From Brevibacterium luteolum (GTDB lineage: Bacteria; Actinomycetota; Actinomycetes; Actinomycetales; Brevibacteriaceae), in NCBI RefSeq assembly GCF_013004595.1, contig NZ_JABEMC010000001.1, positions 738,896 to 758,895 of the forward strand: DNA of 20,000 nucleotides, read 5' to 3'. Positions 1 to 8,221 of this stretch are shown in pieces (the stretch's first letter is position 1; every line of letters begins with the position of its first letter). The translations under genes and the position numbers were made by a program. The notes under the pieces are model-generated. The model was not told where the DNA came from and searched no databases. It saw only the letters and a list, made by a program, of their open reading frames with translations.

Positions 1-543
1 GACGCCCAGGTCCGGGCAGAAGCACGTGCGGCCCACGAGATCCTCGGAGTGACGGCGACGGAGTTCCTCGGCTTCCCCTCCGTCGAACTCGCCCGGCTGT
101 CGGTGGCCGAACTCAACGGAGCCGTCCAGGAGCGCATCCACCGGGCCAAACCCGATATCGTGCTCCTGCCCTTTCCTGACCGGCACATCGACCACCGCGC
201 CGTCTTCGACGCCGGCATGGTCGCCACCCGTCCGATCGGCGACGCTGCCGAGATCTCGGTCGTGGCGATGTACGAGACGATCTCCGAGACCTTCTGGAAC
301 GCACCGGGAGCCGAGCCGACGTTCGCACCGAACTGGGTCGTCGACATCACGGACACGATCGAACGCAAGACCACGGCATTCGCCGAATACGCCTCCCAGA
401 TCCAGGAGTACCCGGACGCCCGCTCCACGCAGGCACTCGAAGCGCTCGCCCTGTTCCGCGGCAGCCAGGCCGCGATGGAGTACGGAGAGGCCTTCCAGAT
501 CGTCAGGATGCTCACCACTGCCTCGTCTGCGTGGCCCCTATGA
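1..543 (+). CDS. PIG-L/LmbE-family N-acetyl sugar deacetylase, 5'-truncated by the window edge
   Basis: Frame 1 is open from base 1 (DAQVRAEARAAHEILGV...). Contains the HxDH motif (PFPDRHIDHRA), YETISET, and a C-terminal PN-x-x-VDI...K...Y-x-SQ...RG...EAF pattern typical of the family. Stop TGA 541-543. Confidence 0.85.
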   Translation, partial: DAQVRAEARAAHEILGVTATEFLGFPSVELARLSVAELNGAVQERIHRAKPDIVLLPFPDRHIDHRAVFDAGMVATRPIGDAAEISVVAMYETISETFWNAPGAEPTFAPNWVVDITDTIERKTTAFAEYASQIQEYPDARSTQALEALALFRGSQAAMEYGEAFQIVRMLTTASSAWPL

Positions 544-1886
544 CAGGTGCCGACCGCTCGGCTGGGAAGAACGACAACCCAGGACGCATCAGCACCGACG
601 CCGTCGTCGTGGCACTGGGCTACCTGACCTCCTTCGGCTACCCGCTCGTCGCCCTGCCGTTCCTGGCGCGCGCCATCGGTGCTGAAGCCCTCGGCCTCCT
701 CATCGTCACGCAGGCGGTCCTGCAGATCGTCGTGCACATCTGCGACTACGGCTTCTCCGTCAGCGCGCTGCGCCGGGTCGCGGTGCGCAACCGCGACGAC
801 GAGCTCAGCGAGATCATCGCCTCAACCCTGACTGCGAAAGCCGTGCTGCTGGGCGGCAGCGCGGTGGTCGTGCTCGCGGTGGTCGCGGCGGTGCCGGGCC
901 TGCGCCACCTGCTTGGGATCTTCGTCATCGGGCTGGTGCTCGTGGCCATCGGCACCGCGTTTCCCAGCTGGCTGCTGCAGGGCCTGGGCCGCTTCACCGA
1001 GTTCTCGCTTGTCCTGGCCGCCAGCCGGCTGCTGGCCCTCATCGGACTGCTGCTCACTGTGTCGGGGCCCGAGGATCTGCCGTGGGCGCTGGCCTGGCAG
1101 TTCCTGCCGCTCGCCCTGGCCGCCGTCATCGGCTGGGGACTGCTCGCCCGCACCGGGCACCTGCGCTGGCAGCGTCCAACCCGTGCCTCGGTGCGCTTCG
1201 CCTTCGCCGACGGCGGGCACCTGTTCGTCGGCCACATCGCACTCATGTCCATGGGCGCTGTCAACAGCGTCATCCTCGGCGCGCTCGCCGGTCCCGTCCA
1301 GACCGCCTATTTCGGCATCGCCGAACGTCTCTCCAATGCCGGGCGCGGCATCATGGGCGGAGTGCAGGACGCGATGCTGCCGCGCATGTCCCACGCCGTC
1401 GGCAACCCGAATGCCGCAAGCGTGCGCCGCACCATCACCGCCGGAATCATCGGCGGCTATCTGCTCGGCGGGCTGGGACTCATCATCTTCGCCCCCGTCC
1501 TGCTGCCCTGGTACCTGGGCCCGGGATACGAGGCGGCGGTTCCCCTTGCCCAGCTCGCCGGAGCCACGCTGTGTGTGGCCGGCGGCTCGGCACTGTTCAA
1601 CCTGCGTGCCGCTGCTGCCCACCGGTTCCGGGCCATCGCCGCCGTCACCTCGGCGACGGCCGTCATCCACCTGCTCGCCCTCATTCCCGCCAGCGCACTC
1701 TTCGGAGCGTGGGGTGCTGCCTTCACCGTGCTCGGTTCCGAGGTGCTGCTGTGCCTGACGTTCAGCATCGACGCCAGCCGCCACCGGCGCAGGCAGGCCG
1801 CTGAGGAATCCGAGGTCCACTCGACAGATGCGAAAGGAGAATCGTGGAGCGCAACCCGACCTTCACAGTCGTCACGCCAACGCTGA
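540..1886 (+). CDS. wzx: Wzx/RfbX-type oligosaccharide flippase (polysaccharide biosynthesis protein)
   Basis: Many hydrophobic segments; N-terminal YPLVALPFLARAIGAEALG...DYGFSVSALRRVA and later WLLQGLGRF and YFGIAERL match the MOP/PST flippase pattern. ATG 540 overlaps the upstream stop (ATGA), so 540 is preferred over the ORF-track start 531. Confidence 0.85.
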   Translation: MTGADRSAGKNDNPGRISTDAVVVALGYLTSFGYPLVALPFLARAIGAEALGLLIVTQAVLQIVVHICDYGFSVSALRRVAVRNRDDELSEIIASTLTAKAVLLGGSAVVVLAVVAAVPGLRHLLGIFVIGLVLVAIGTAFPSWLLQGLGRFTEFSLVLAASRLLALIGLLLTVSGPEDLPWALAWQFLPLALAAVIGWGLLARTGHLRWQRPTRASVRFAFADGGHLFVGHIALMSMGAVNSVILGALAGPVQTAYFGIAERLSNAGRGIMGGVQDAMLPRMSHAVGNPNAASVRRTITAGIIGGYLLGGLGLIIFAPVLLPWYLGPGYEAAVPLAQLAGATLCVAGGSALFNLRAAAAHRFRAIAAVTSATAVIHLLALIPASALFGAWGAAFTVLGSEVLLCLTFSIDASRHRRRQAAEESEVHSTDAKGESWSATRPSQSSRQR

Positions 1887-2821
1887 ACCCAGGGGAGGGG
1901 CTGGAAGCCTCCCTCACCTCGGTGCTGGCCCAGACCCGCGCCGATTTCGAACTCATCGTCATCGACGACGGCTCGGCTGAGCCCTTCGACCACCGCCTGC
2001 CCGCAGATCCCCGCATCCGGCTCATCCGCCACGAGACGAACCGCGGCTACGGCGCAGCGACGAACACGGCGCTGGCCCAGGCGCGTGGGGACTGGATCGT
2101 CTTCGTCGACGACGATGACACGATCGCGCCCGACTACCTCGCACAGATGGAAGCCGTCGCCCACCAGCACGGGGCGGACTTCGTGCTCGCCCCGATCCAC
2201 ACCCGCCTGCCGTCTGGCCGCCGCTCACGGCTGGCATGGTCACCCCCAGGATCCGTGTCCACCGGCGCCGAGGCGGTCGTCGCCGTGCTGGCCGGTAAGA
2301 TCGTCGCCTCCCAGCACCTGCTCATGGCCCGCGAAGCACTCGTCCACCCGGCCCCGGAGGACAACGCCTACTCAGACTTCGCCTTCGTCGTCGCCAACCT
2401 GCTGAATGCTGCGACGGTCGCCTACACCGAAACCGGCGTCTACGACTACGTCATCCACGACCGCTCCGTCACCGGGACGCTGCGGACCAGCGTCTGGGAC
2501 CTCGGCCGGCTGCCCGAACTCATCGAACCGCACCTGCGGGCCGCCTTCGACGAACCGGCAGCCACAGCCCAGCTGGAACTGGCCCGCGTCCTCGTGCTCA
2601 CCGAGATGCTGCACAAGGCCGCCCGCGAACCCGAGGCGACACCGCTGCGAAGCGACGTCACCCAGTGGTGCCGCCGCCGCATCCGCCGGCAGGAGCTCGC
2701 CGCCTCCCTGCGCAGCCGCCAACCGGCCACCGCCGCCTCACTGGCGCTGGCCAAGGCCAGTCCCGCGCTGCACCGGCGGGCCTATCAGGCGCGGCAGAAG
2801 CGCAAGGTCGCCTCATCGTGA
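1844..2821 (+). CDS. Glycosyltransferase family 2 (GT-A fold)
   Basis: TVVTPTLN, LIVIDDGS, NRGYGAATNTAL and DXD motif FVDDDD. RBS AAGGAG at 1834-1839 before GTG 1844. Overlaps wzx by 43 bp. Confidence 0.9.
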   Translation: MERNPTFTVVTPTLNPGEGLEASLTSVLAQTRADFELIVIDDGSAEPFDHRLPADPRIRLIRHETNRGYGAATNTALAQARGDWIVFVDDDDTIAPDYLAQMEAVAHQHGADFVLAPIHTRLPSGRRSRLAWSPPGSVSTGAEAVVAVLAGKIVASQHLLMAREALVHPAPEDNAYSDFAFVVANLLNAATVAYTETGVYDYVIHDRSVTGTLRTSVWDLGRLPELIEPHLRAAFDEPAATAQLELARVLVLTEMLHKAAREPEATPLRSDVTQWCRRRIRRQELAASLRSRQPATAASLALAKASPALHRRAYQARQKRKVASS

Positions 2822-3861
2822 GTCATGTGGGCAGGCTGCTGGGACTGCTGTGCCTCCTGGCCCTGACCGCGTGTGCCGGGACTGGGCCGACAGAGCCGGA
2901 CGCAGAGACTGCAGACCGGATCGCCGCTGTCCTGCCAGCCGAGGCAGTGCAATCCGGCTTCACCGTCGCTGCTCCCGGAGTCGATGAGGTCAGTCTCCAG
3001 GCGTTCACCGATGACGTCGAGGAGATCCGGTCCGCGGGCGGCACCTGGGTGCGCTTTGCGGTCCGCTCCTACGATGTGCTCGACTCCTGGGGTGAAGGAG
3101 ACGCGATGCACTGGGACGAGGCCGCACTGGGCCGCATCGACGCCGCCGTCGACATCGCACGCCGCGCAGGACTTCACATCTACTTCATCACGGCGGACAG
3201 CTACCGCTCCGATGTCGTCGGCGACCGCTACCGGGCGATGATGGAACAGTACTGGGACGTGCTCGCCGCCCGCCTCGGCGACCGCGTCGACGTGTGGCAG
3301 GTGTTCAACGAAGCCGACGGCACCCACTTCGGCACCCACGCCGAACTGCCCCAGCCCCTGCCGCGCACCTACCTGGCAGACCTGCGCGACCTGCTGACTC
3401 TGGCTGGCAAGACGATCAAGCACCGCGCACCCGGGGTGATCGTGACGACGAATGCCGGCGGATTCCCCCTCGGCGACGTGACCGAGAAACGCTGGCACCG
3501 CTACTTCGACGCCCTCGCCCCGGCCCTCGACGTGCTCGCCGTCGGCGCCTACCCGCAGACCGACGGCACGCTCATCAGCGAAATGCCCGCGCGTGTTGAC
3601 CGGCTGAGCGAATCCTTCGGAACACCCGTCATCGTCGCCGAGGTCGGACTCCAGACCTGCACCGGCTGCTTCAGCGAGGACGAACAGGGCAGTGCGCTCA
3701 GTGAGACACTGCACCGGCTGGCAGACTCCCAAGCCGTCCTCGTGCTCGTCTACACGCTGCGTGATGACGGCGAATCGCAGTTTGGGATCTTCACAGGCGA
3801 CGGCGCACCCAAAACCGGGACCGAGGCGATCATCGACGCCCTTCCCGACGGCACCTCCTGA
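2818..3861 (+). CDS. Predicted lipoprotein glycoside hydrolase, clan GH-A TIM barrel (GH5/GH39-like)
   Basis: GTG 2818 overlaps the GT2 stop (GTGA). Signal peptide with lipobox MSHVGRLLGLLCLLALTA|C. Acid/base motif WQVFNEAD, nucleophile motif PVIVAEVG, C-terminal FGIF-x-x-DG-x-PK. The ORF-track start 2665 is an unlikely extension. Confidence 0.75.
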   Translation: MSHVGRLLGLLCLLALTACAGTGPTEPDAETADRIAAVLPAEAVQSGFTVAAPGVDEVSLQAFTDDVEEIRSAGGTWVRFAVRSYDVLDSWGEGDAMHWDEAALGRIDAAVDIARRAGLHIYFITADSYRSDVVGDRYRAMMEQYWDVLAARLGDRVDVWQVFNEADGTHFGTHAELPQPLPRTYLADLRDLLTLAGKTIKHRAPGVIVTTNAGGFPLGDVTEKRWHRYFDALAPALDVLAVGAYPQTDGTLISEMPARVDRLSESFGTPVIVAEVGLQTCTGCFSEDEQGSALSETLHRLADSQAVLVLVYTLRDDGESQFGIFTGDGAPKTGTEAIIDALPDGTS

Positions 3862-3878
3862 CATCCCGCCGTCGGGAA
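3842..3878. terminator. Inverted repeat between the convergent hydrolase and qor genes; probable terminator
   Basis: Perfect 11-bp arms TTCCCGACGGC (3842-3852) and GCCGTCGGGAA (3868-3878). The 15-nt loop contains the hydrolase stop codon. No long U-tract. Confidence 0.55.
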
Positions 3879-3892
3879 TCGCAGCGTTAGGA

Positions 3893-4867
3893 TCAGGGCT
3901 TGAGGATGACCTTACCGGTCGTCTTGCGGCCCTCGAGCGCACGATGCGCCTCGGCAGCCTCGGCGAGTGGGAACTCGTGGCCGACGCGGAAGTCGAGCCA
4001 GCCGGTTGAGAGCCCGTCGAAGAGCATGCGCGAACGCTCGGCCAGCTCCTCGGGGCTGCGGACGAACCACTGCAGCGAGGGGCGGGAGAGGAACTGCCCG
4101 CCGGAGGAGTTGAGCCGCTGGATGTCGAAGGGCTCGACCGGCCCGGAGGCGGCGCCGAAGAGCACGAGCGAACCACGCACCTTGAGCGAGGCCAGTGAGG
4201 CATCGAAAGTGTCCCTGCCGACCCCGTCATAGGCGACGTCGACACCCTCACCGTCGGTGAGCTCGCGGACAGTGGCGGCGATGTCGACGCCCTCACCATA
4301 GAGGAACACCTCATCAGCGCCGGCACCGCGGGACAGCTCTGCCTTCTCCTCAGTCGAGACCGTCGTGATGACGCGGGCGCCGAGGTGCTTGGCCAGCTGG
4401 GTGAGCAGCAGGCCCACCCCGCCGGCACCGGCGTGGATGAGCGCGGTCTGACCCGGTTCGATGCGGTGCGAACCGGTCGCCAGATACTGGGCGGTCAGGC
4501 CCTGGAGCGGAATCGCGGCAGCGACCTCATCGGACACACCTTCGGGCACCCGCAGCACGCCGTCAGCCGGGACGGCGACACGGGTGGCATAGGAGCCGGG
4601 CGCGTTGTGCCAGGCGACCCGGTCGCCGACGGAGAAACCGGTGACATCATCGGCAACAGCGATGACGCGTCCGGCGCCTTCGCTGCCGACGATGTGCGGG
4701 AACTCCATCGGATACAGGCCGCTGCGCCGGTAGGTGTCGATGAAGTTGATGCCTGCAGCGGCGACCTCGACGAGGAGCTCGCCGGGACCTGCCTGCGGGT
4801 CGTCGATCTCGGTGCAGCGCAGCACCTCCGGTCCGCCGGCTTCGATCGCCTGTACAACGTGGGCCAC
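3893..4867 (-). CDS. qor: NADPH:quinone oxidoreductase (zeta-crystallin-like MDR family)
   Basis: GINFIDTYRRSG, nucleotide-binding HAGAGGVG, YDGVG, C-terminal AHRALEGRKTTGKVIL. GTG start with RBS AGGAGGG (complement of 4871-4877). Confidence 0.92.
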   Translation of the reverse strand: MAHVVQAIEAGGPEVLRCTEIDDPQAGPGELLVEVAAAGINFIDTYRRSGLYPMEFPHIVGSEGAGRVIAVADDVTGFSVGDRVAWHNAPGSYATRVAVPADGVLRVPEGVSDEVAAAIPLQGLTAQYLATGSHRIEPGQTALIHAGAGGVGLLLTQLAKHLGARVITTVSTEEKAELSRGAGADEVFLYGEGVDIAATVRELTDGEGVDVAYDGVGRDTFDASLASLKVRGSLVLFGAASGPVEPFDIQRLNSSGGQFLSRPSLQWFVRSPEELAERSRMLFDGLSTGWLDFRVGHEFPLAEAAEAHRALEGRKTTGKVILKP

Positions 4868-4876
4868 AACCCCTCC

Positions 4877-4913
4877 TGAATAAAGTTTGATGATGCGGTA
4901 TGATTATGCATAT
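4877..4913 (+). promoter_or_regulatory. argC promoter overlapped by tandem ARG boxes (ArgR operator), copy 1
   Basis: AT-rich TGAATAAAGTTTGA-n6-GGTATGATTATGCA, two TG(A/C)AT-n4-AT(T/G)CA-like cores 20 bp apart. -10 TATGAT at 4899-4904. A closely matching copy (25/37 in conserved blocks) lies at 6047-6083. Confidence 0.8.
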
Positions 4914-5991
4914 GTCGCGAATGTCAGTCGCAGTCTCAGGCGCCACCGGCTACGCCGGCGGTGAGGTCCTCAGGCTGCTGAGCAGTCACCCGGAACTTCA
5001 CGTTACAACGGTCTGCGGCCATTCGAGCGCCGGTGACCGGCTGGCGGTCCACCAACCCCATCTGCTCGCCTACGGCGACATGATCGTCAAGCCCTCGACC
5101 GCCGAAGTGCTCGCCGGCCACGACGTCGTTGTCCTCGCCCTGCCGCACGGCGCCTCGGGCGAGATCGCAGCCGCACTCGCCGAGACCTCACGTGAGACCC
5201 TCATCATCGACCTCGCCGCCGACCACCGCCTCATCAGCCCAGCCGCCTGGGAGGCCTTCTACGGCAGCGATCATCCGGGCACCTGGACCTACGGGCTGCC
5301 CGAGATGCTGCTGGCCGACGGCACCAAACAGCGCGAGCGCCTGCGCGAGACCCGCCGCATCGCAGTGCCCGGCTGCAACGTCACCGCGGTGACGCTTGGC
5401 CTCGGCCCGCTGCTGCAGGCCGGGCTCATCGAGCCGACCGGGCTGAATGCCGTGCTGGCCAACGGCGTCTCCGGAGCCGGCAAGGCACTCAAACCCCACC
5501 TGACGGCAGCCGAGATCCTCGGCAACGCCTCACCCTACGGCGTTGCCGGCATTCATCGGCATGTGCCCGAGATCGAGCAGAACCTCAACCTCGCCCTCGG
5601 CGCCGATCCCGCAGAGGGGCCGGTGCGCATCTCCTTCACCCCCACCCTCATTCCCGTCAGCCGCGGCATCCTCGCCACCCTCTCAGCCGTTCCGGCCGGT
5701 GGTGCGCAGCTGACCCGCGAGGCCGTCGCCGAGGTGTATGCCGGCGCGTACGCCGATGAGCCCTTCGTGCACATGCTCGCCGAAGGCACCTGGCCGCAGC
5801 TGTCGGCGGCGACCGGGTCGAATACCGCCCACCTCCAGTTCGGCATCGACGAGCGTGCCGGCCGGATCGTCACCGTCGTCGCCCTCGACAACCTCGTGCG
5901 CGGCACCGCCGGCCAGGCGCTGCAGTCGGCCCACCTCGCCCTCGGCTTGCCTGAGGCGACCGGGCTGCCGACCGGGGGACTGGCTCCCTGA
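4912..5991 (+). CDS. argC: N-acetyl-gamma-glutamyl-phosphate reductase
   Basis: [23 protein letters not shown], catalytic [30 protein letters not shown]. Start ATG 4912 (alternative 4921). The ORF-track start 4900 lies inside the -10 box. Confidence 0.96.
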   Translation: MSRMSVAVSGATGYAGGEVLRLLSSHPELHVTTVCGHSSAGDRLAVHQPHLLAYGDMIVKPSTAEVLAGHDVVVLALPHGASGEIAAALAETSRETLIIDLAADHRLISPAAWEAFYGSDHPGTWTYGLPEMLLADGTKQRERLRETRRIAVPGCNVTAVTLGLGPLLQAGLIEPTGLNAVLANGVSGAGKALKPHLTAAEILGNASPYGVAGIHRHVPEIEQNLNLALGADPAEGPVRISFTPTLIPVSRGILATLSAVPAGGAQLTREAVAEVYAGAYADEPFVHMLAEGTWPQLSAATGSNTAHLQFGIDERAGRIVTVVALDNLVRGTAGQALQSAHLALGLPEATGLPTGGLAP

Positions 5992-6046
5992 GGGTGGACG
6001 CCCGGCCAGGCGGTCGTGACTTCCCTCACCATGACACCGCAGGGGA

Positions 6047-6083
6047 TGAATAAAGTTCACTTCTGATGTATTGTTATGCATAT
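6047..6083 (+). promoter_or_regulatory. Internal promoter with tandem ARG boxes upstream of argJ, copy 2
   Basis: TGAATAAAGTTCAC-n6-TGTATTGTTATGCA, same spacing as copy 1. -10-like TATTGT at 6069-6074. Confidence 0.78.
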
Positions 6084-6088
6084 TGAAG

Positions 6089-6110
6089 GGCGGTGGCCGT
6101 TGCCACCGCC
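6089..6110 (+). other. Perfect GC-rich stem-loop in the argJ leader
   Basis: GGCGGTGGC-CGTT-GCCACCGCC: 9-bp stem, 4-nt loop, a few nt downstream of the predicted start site. Confidence 0.6.
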
Positions 6111-6137
6111 GACTCGTCAGCCGAATGGAGTCGCATC

Positions 6138-7298
6138 ATGAGCGTGACCTACCCGCGCGGCTTCCGCGCCTCAGGCACCACCGCCGGACTCAAGCCCAGC
6201 GGCAAGACCGACCTCGCCGTCGTTGTCAACGACGGCCCTGCCGATGCGGTTGCTGCCGTCTACACCGCCAACCGCTGCAAGGCCAACCCGGTGCTGTGGA
6301 GCCAGCAGGCCTCCGCCGACGGCACCGCACGCGCGGTCGTGCTGAATTCCGGTGGTGCGAACTGCTACACCGGCGACTACGGCTACGAGACCACCGAACT
6401 CACCGCCACCCGCACCGCCGAACTGCTCGGCACCGATGCCAGCGACGTGCTCGTGTGCTCGACTGGGCTCATCGGCGTCGGGGGACCGGAGTTCCGCGAA
6501 CCGATCCTCGACACCCTCCCCGCTGCCCTTGAGGCTGCTGCCGAGACCCCGGAGGCAGGTGCCGCAGCAGCCGAGGCGATCATGACGACCGACACCGTGG
6601 CCAAGACCGCCACCCGCGAGGGCACCGCCTACCGCATCGGCGGCATGGCCAAGGGTGCGGGCATGCTCGCACCGGGACTGGCGACGATGCTCGTCGTCAT
6701 CACCACCGATGCCGTCGTCGAATCGGGCGACCTCGACATCGCCCTGCGCGCGGCGACCCAGAAGACCTTCGACCGGCTCGACACCGACGGCTGCATGTCG
6801 ACCAACGACACGGTCATCGTCATGAGCTCGGGAGCCTCCGAGCACCAGGCCGACCTCGTCGAATTCACCCGCCTGCTCACCGAGGTGTGCGGCGAGCTCA
6901 CCGCCCAGCTGCACACGGACGCAGAGGGCGCCGGCCACGACATCACCATCACCACCCGCGGAGCGTTCTCCGAACAGCAGGCCGTCGACGTCTCCCGCGC
7001 AGTCGCCCGCTCGAACCTCTTCAAGGCCGCAGTGTTCGGCGAGGACCCCAACTGGGGCCGCGTCGTCGCCCAGGTCGGCACCACCGATGCCGAGTTCGAC
7101 CCGCAGGCCATCGACGTGACCTTCAACGGCGTGCCCGTCTGCGTCGGCTCCGCCCCGGCCGCCGACCCCGCCGAGGTGCTCTTCGACCGCCGCGTCGTCG
7201 TCGAGATCGACCTGCACGCAGGCAACTTCGAAGCCAGCGTGTGGACCTCAGACCTCACCCATGACTACGTCGAAGAGAACAGCGCCTACTCATCATGA
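6138..7298 (+). CDS. argJ: Ornithine acetyltransferase / N-acetylglutamate synthase ArgJ
   Basis: NSGGANC, STGLIG, IMTTDT, autoproteolysis motif [34 protein letters not shown] 6138 with GGAG at 6127-6130. Confidence 0.96.
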   Translation: MSVTYPRGFRASGTTAGLKPSGKTDLAVVVNDGPADAVAAVYTANRCKANPVLWSQQASADGTARAVVLNSGGANCYTGDYGYETTELTATRTAELLGTDASDVLVCSTGLIGVGGPEFREPILDTLPAALEAAAETPEAGAAAAEAIMTTDTVAKTATREGTAYRIGGMAKGAGMLAPGLATMLVVITTDAVVESGDLDIALRAATQKTFDRLDTDGCMSTNDTVIVMSSGASEHQADLVEFTRLLTEVCGELTAQLHTDAEGAGHDITITTRGAFSEQQAVDVSRAVARSNLFKAAVFGEDPNWGRVVAQVGTTDAEFDPQAIDVTFNGVPVCVGSAPAADPAEVLFDRRVVVEIDLHAGNFEASVWTSDLTHDYVEENSAYSS

Positions 7299-8221
7299 CC
7301 GAGACATCCTCTGCCCACCGGCTCGTCCAGGCTCAGGCCAAAGCCGAGACCCTGACCGAGGCGCTGCCGTGGATCAAAACCTTCAAGGGCGCGACCATCG
7401 TCATCAAGTACGGCGGCAATGCCATGGTCTCCCCGGAGCTGCAGCAGTCCTTCGCCGACGACATCGCCTTCCTGCGGTTTGCCGGCCTGCGCCCGATCGT
7501 CGTCCACGGCGGCGGCCCGCACATCTCCCGGATGCTCGATCGTCTCGGCATCGAAAGCGAATTCCGCGCCGGCCAGCGCGTCACCAGCGAAGAGGCCGCC
7601 GAGGTCGTGCGTATGGTGCTCTCCGGGCAGGTCAACCGCGAAGTCGTCGCCCGCATCAACCAGAACGGCGACGCCGCCGTCGGGCTCTCCGGCGAGGACG
7701 GCGACCTGCTGCTGGCCAAGCGCACAACCGCCACCGTCGACGGTGAGGAGATCGACCTCGGCCGGGTCGGCGAGATCGTCTCGGTCAACACCGAGCTCAT
7801 CAACGAGCTGCTGGCCGCCGGCCGCATCCCGGTCATCTGCTCGATCGCCGCCGAAGCAGGCGGAGCCGTCAACAAGCCGCTCAACATCAACGCCGACCTC
7901 GCCGCCGCCGCGATCGCCCGGCAGATCGGTGCCGACAAACTCGTCATGCTCACCGATGTGCCCGGGCTCTACGCCGACTGGCCGGACAAGGACTCGCTGC
8001 TCTCAGCGATCACCCCGGCAGAGCTGCGCGAGCTGCTGCCGCGCCTGGACTCCGGGATGATCCCGAAGATGACCGCCGCACTCGAAGCAGTCGAAGCCGG
8101 TGTGCGCCAGGCACACATCATCGACGGCCGGATGGCCCACTCGCTGCTGCTGGAGGTCTTCACCACCGAAGGCATCGGCACCATGGTCCAGGACGACCAC
8201 ACGAAGGGAGGACAGGCATGA
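7295..8221 (+). CDS. argB: Acetylglutamate kinase
   Basis: [44 protein letters not shown] overlap with argJ. Confidence 0.97.
   Translation: MTETSSAHRLVQAQAKAETLTEALPWIKTFKGATIVIKYGGNAMVSPELQQSFADDIAFLRFAGLRPIVVHGGGPHISRMLDRLGIESEFRAGQRVTSEEAAEVVRMVLSGQVNREVVARINQNGDAAVGLSGEDGDLLLAKRTTATVDGEEIDLGRVGEIVSVNTELINELLAAGRIPVICSIAAEAGGAVNKPLNINADLAAAAIARQIGADKLVMLTDVPGLYADWPDKDSLLSAITPAELRELLPRLDSGMIPKMTAALEAVEAGVRQAHIIDGRMAHSLLLEVFTTEGIGTMVQDDHTKGGQA

Noticed and set aside
5365..5390. ArgC catalytic motif PGCNVT instead of PGCYPT
   Set aside because: The catalytic Cys and all other motifs are intact, so this is most likely lineage variation rather than neofunctionalisation.
6034..6044. ACACCGCAGGG also occurs at 19752-19762 beside the IS end
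   Set aside because: An 11-bp match is expected by chance many times within 20 kb of GC-rich sequence, and nothing else suggests an IS scar at argC-argJ.
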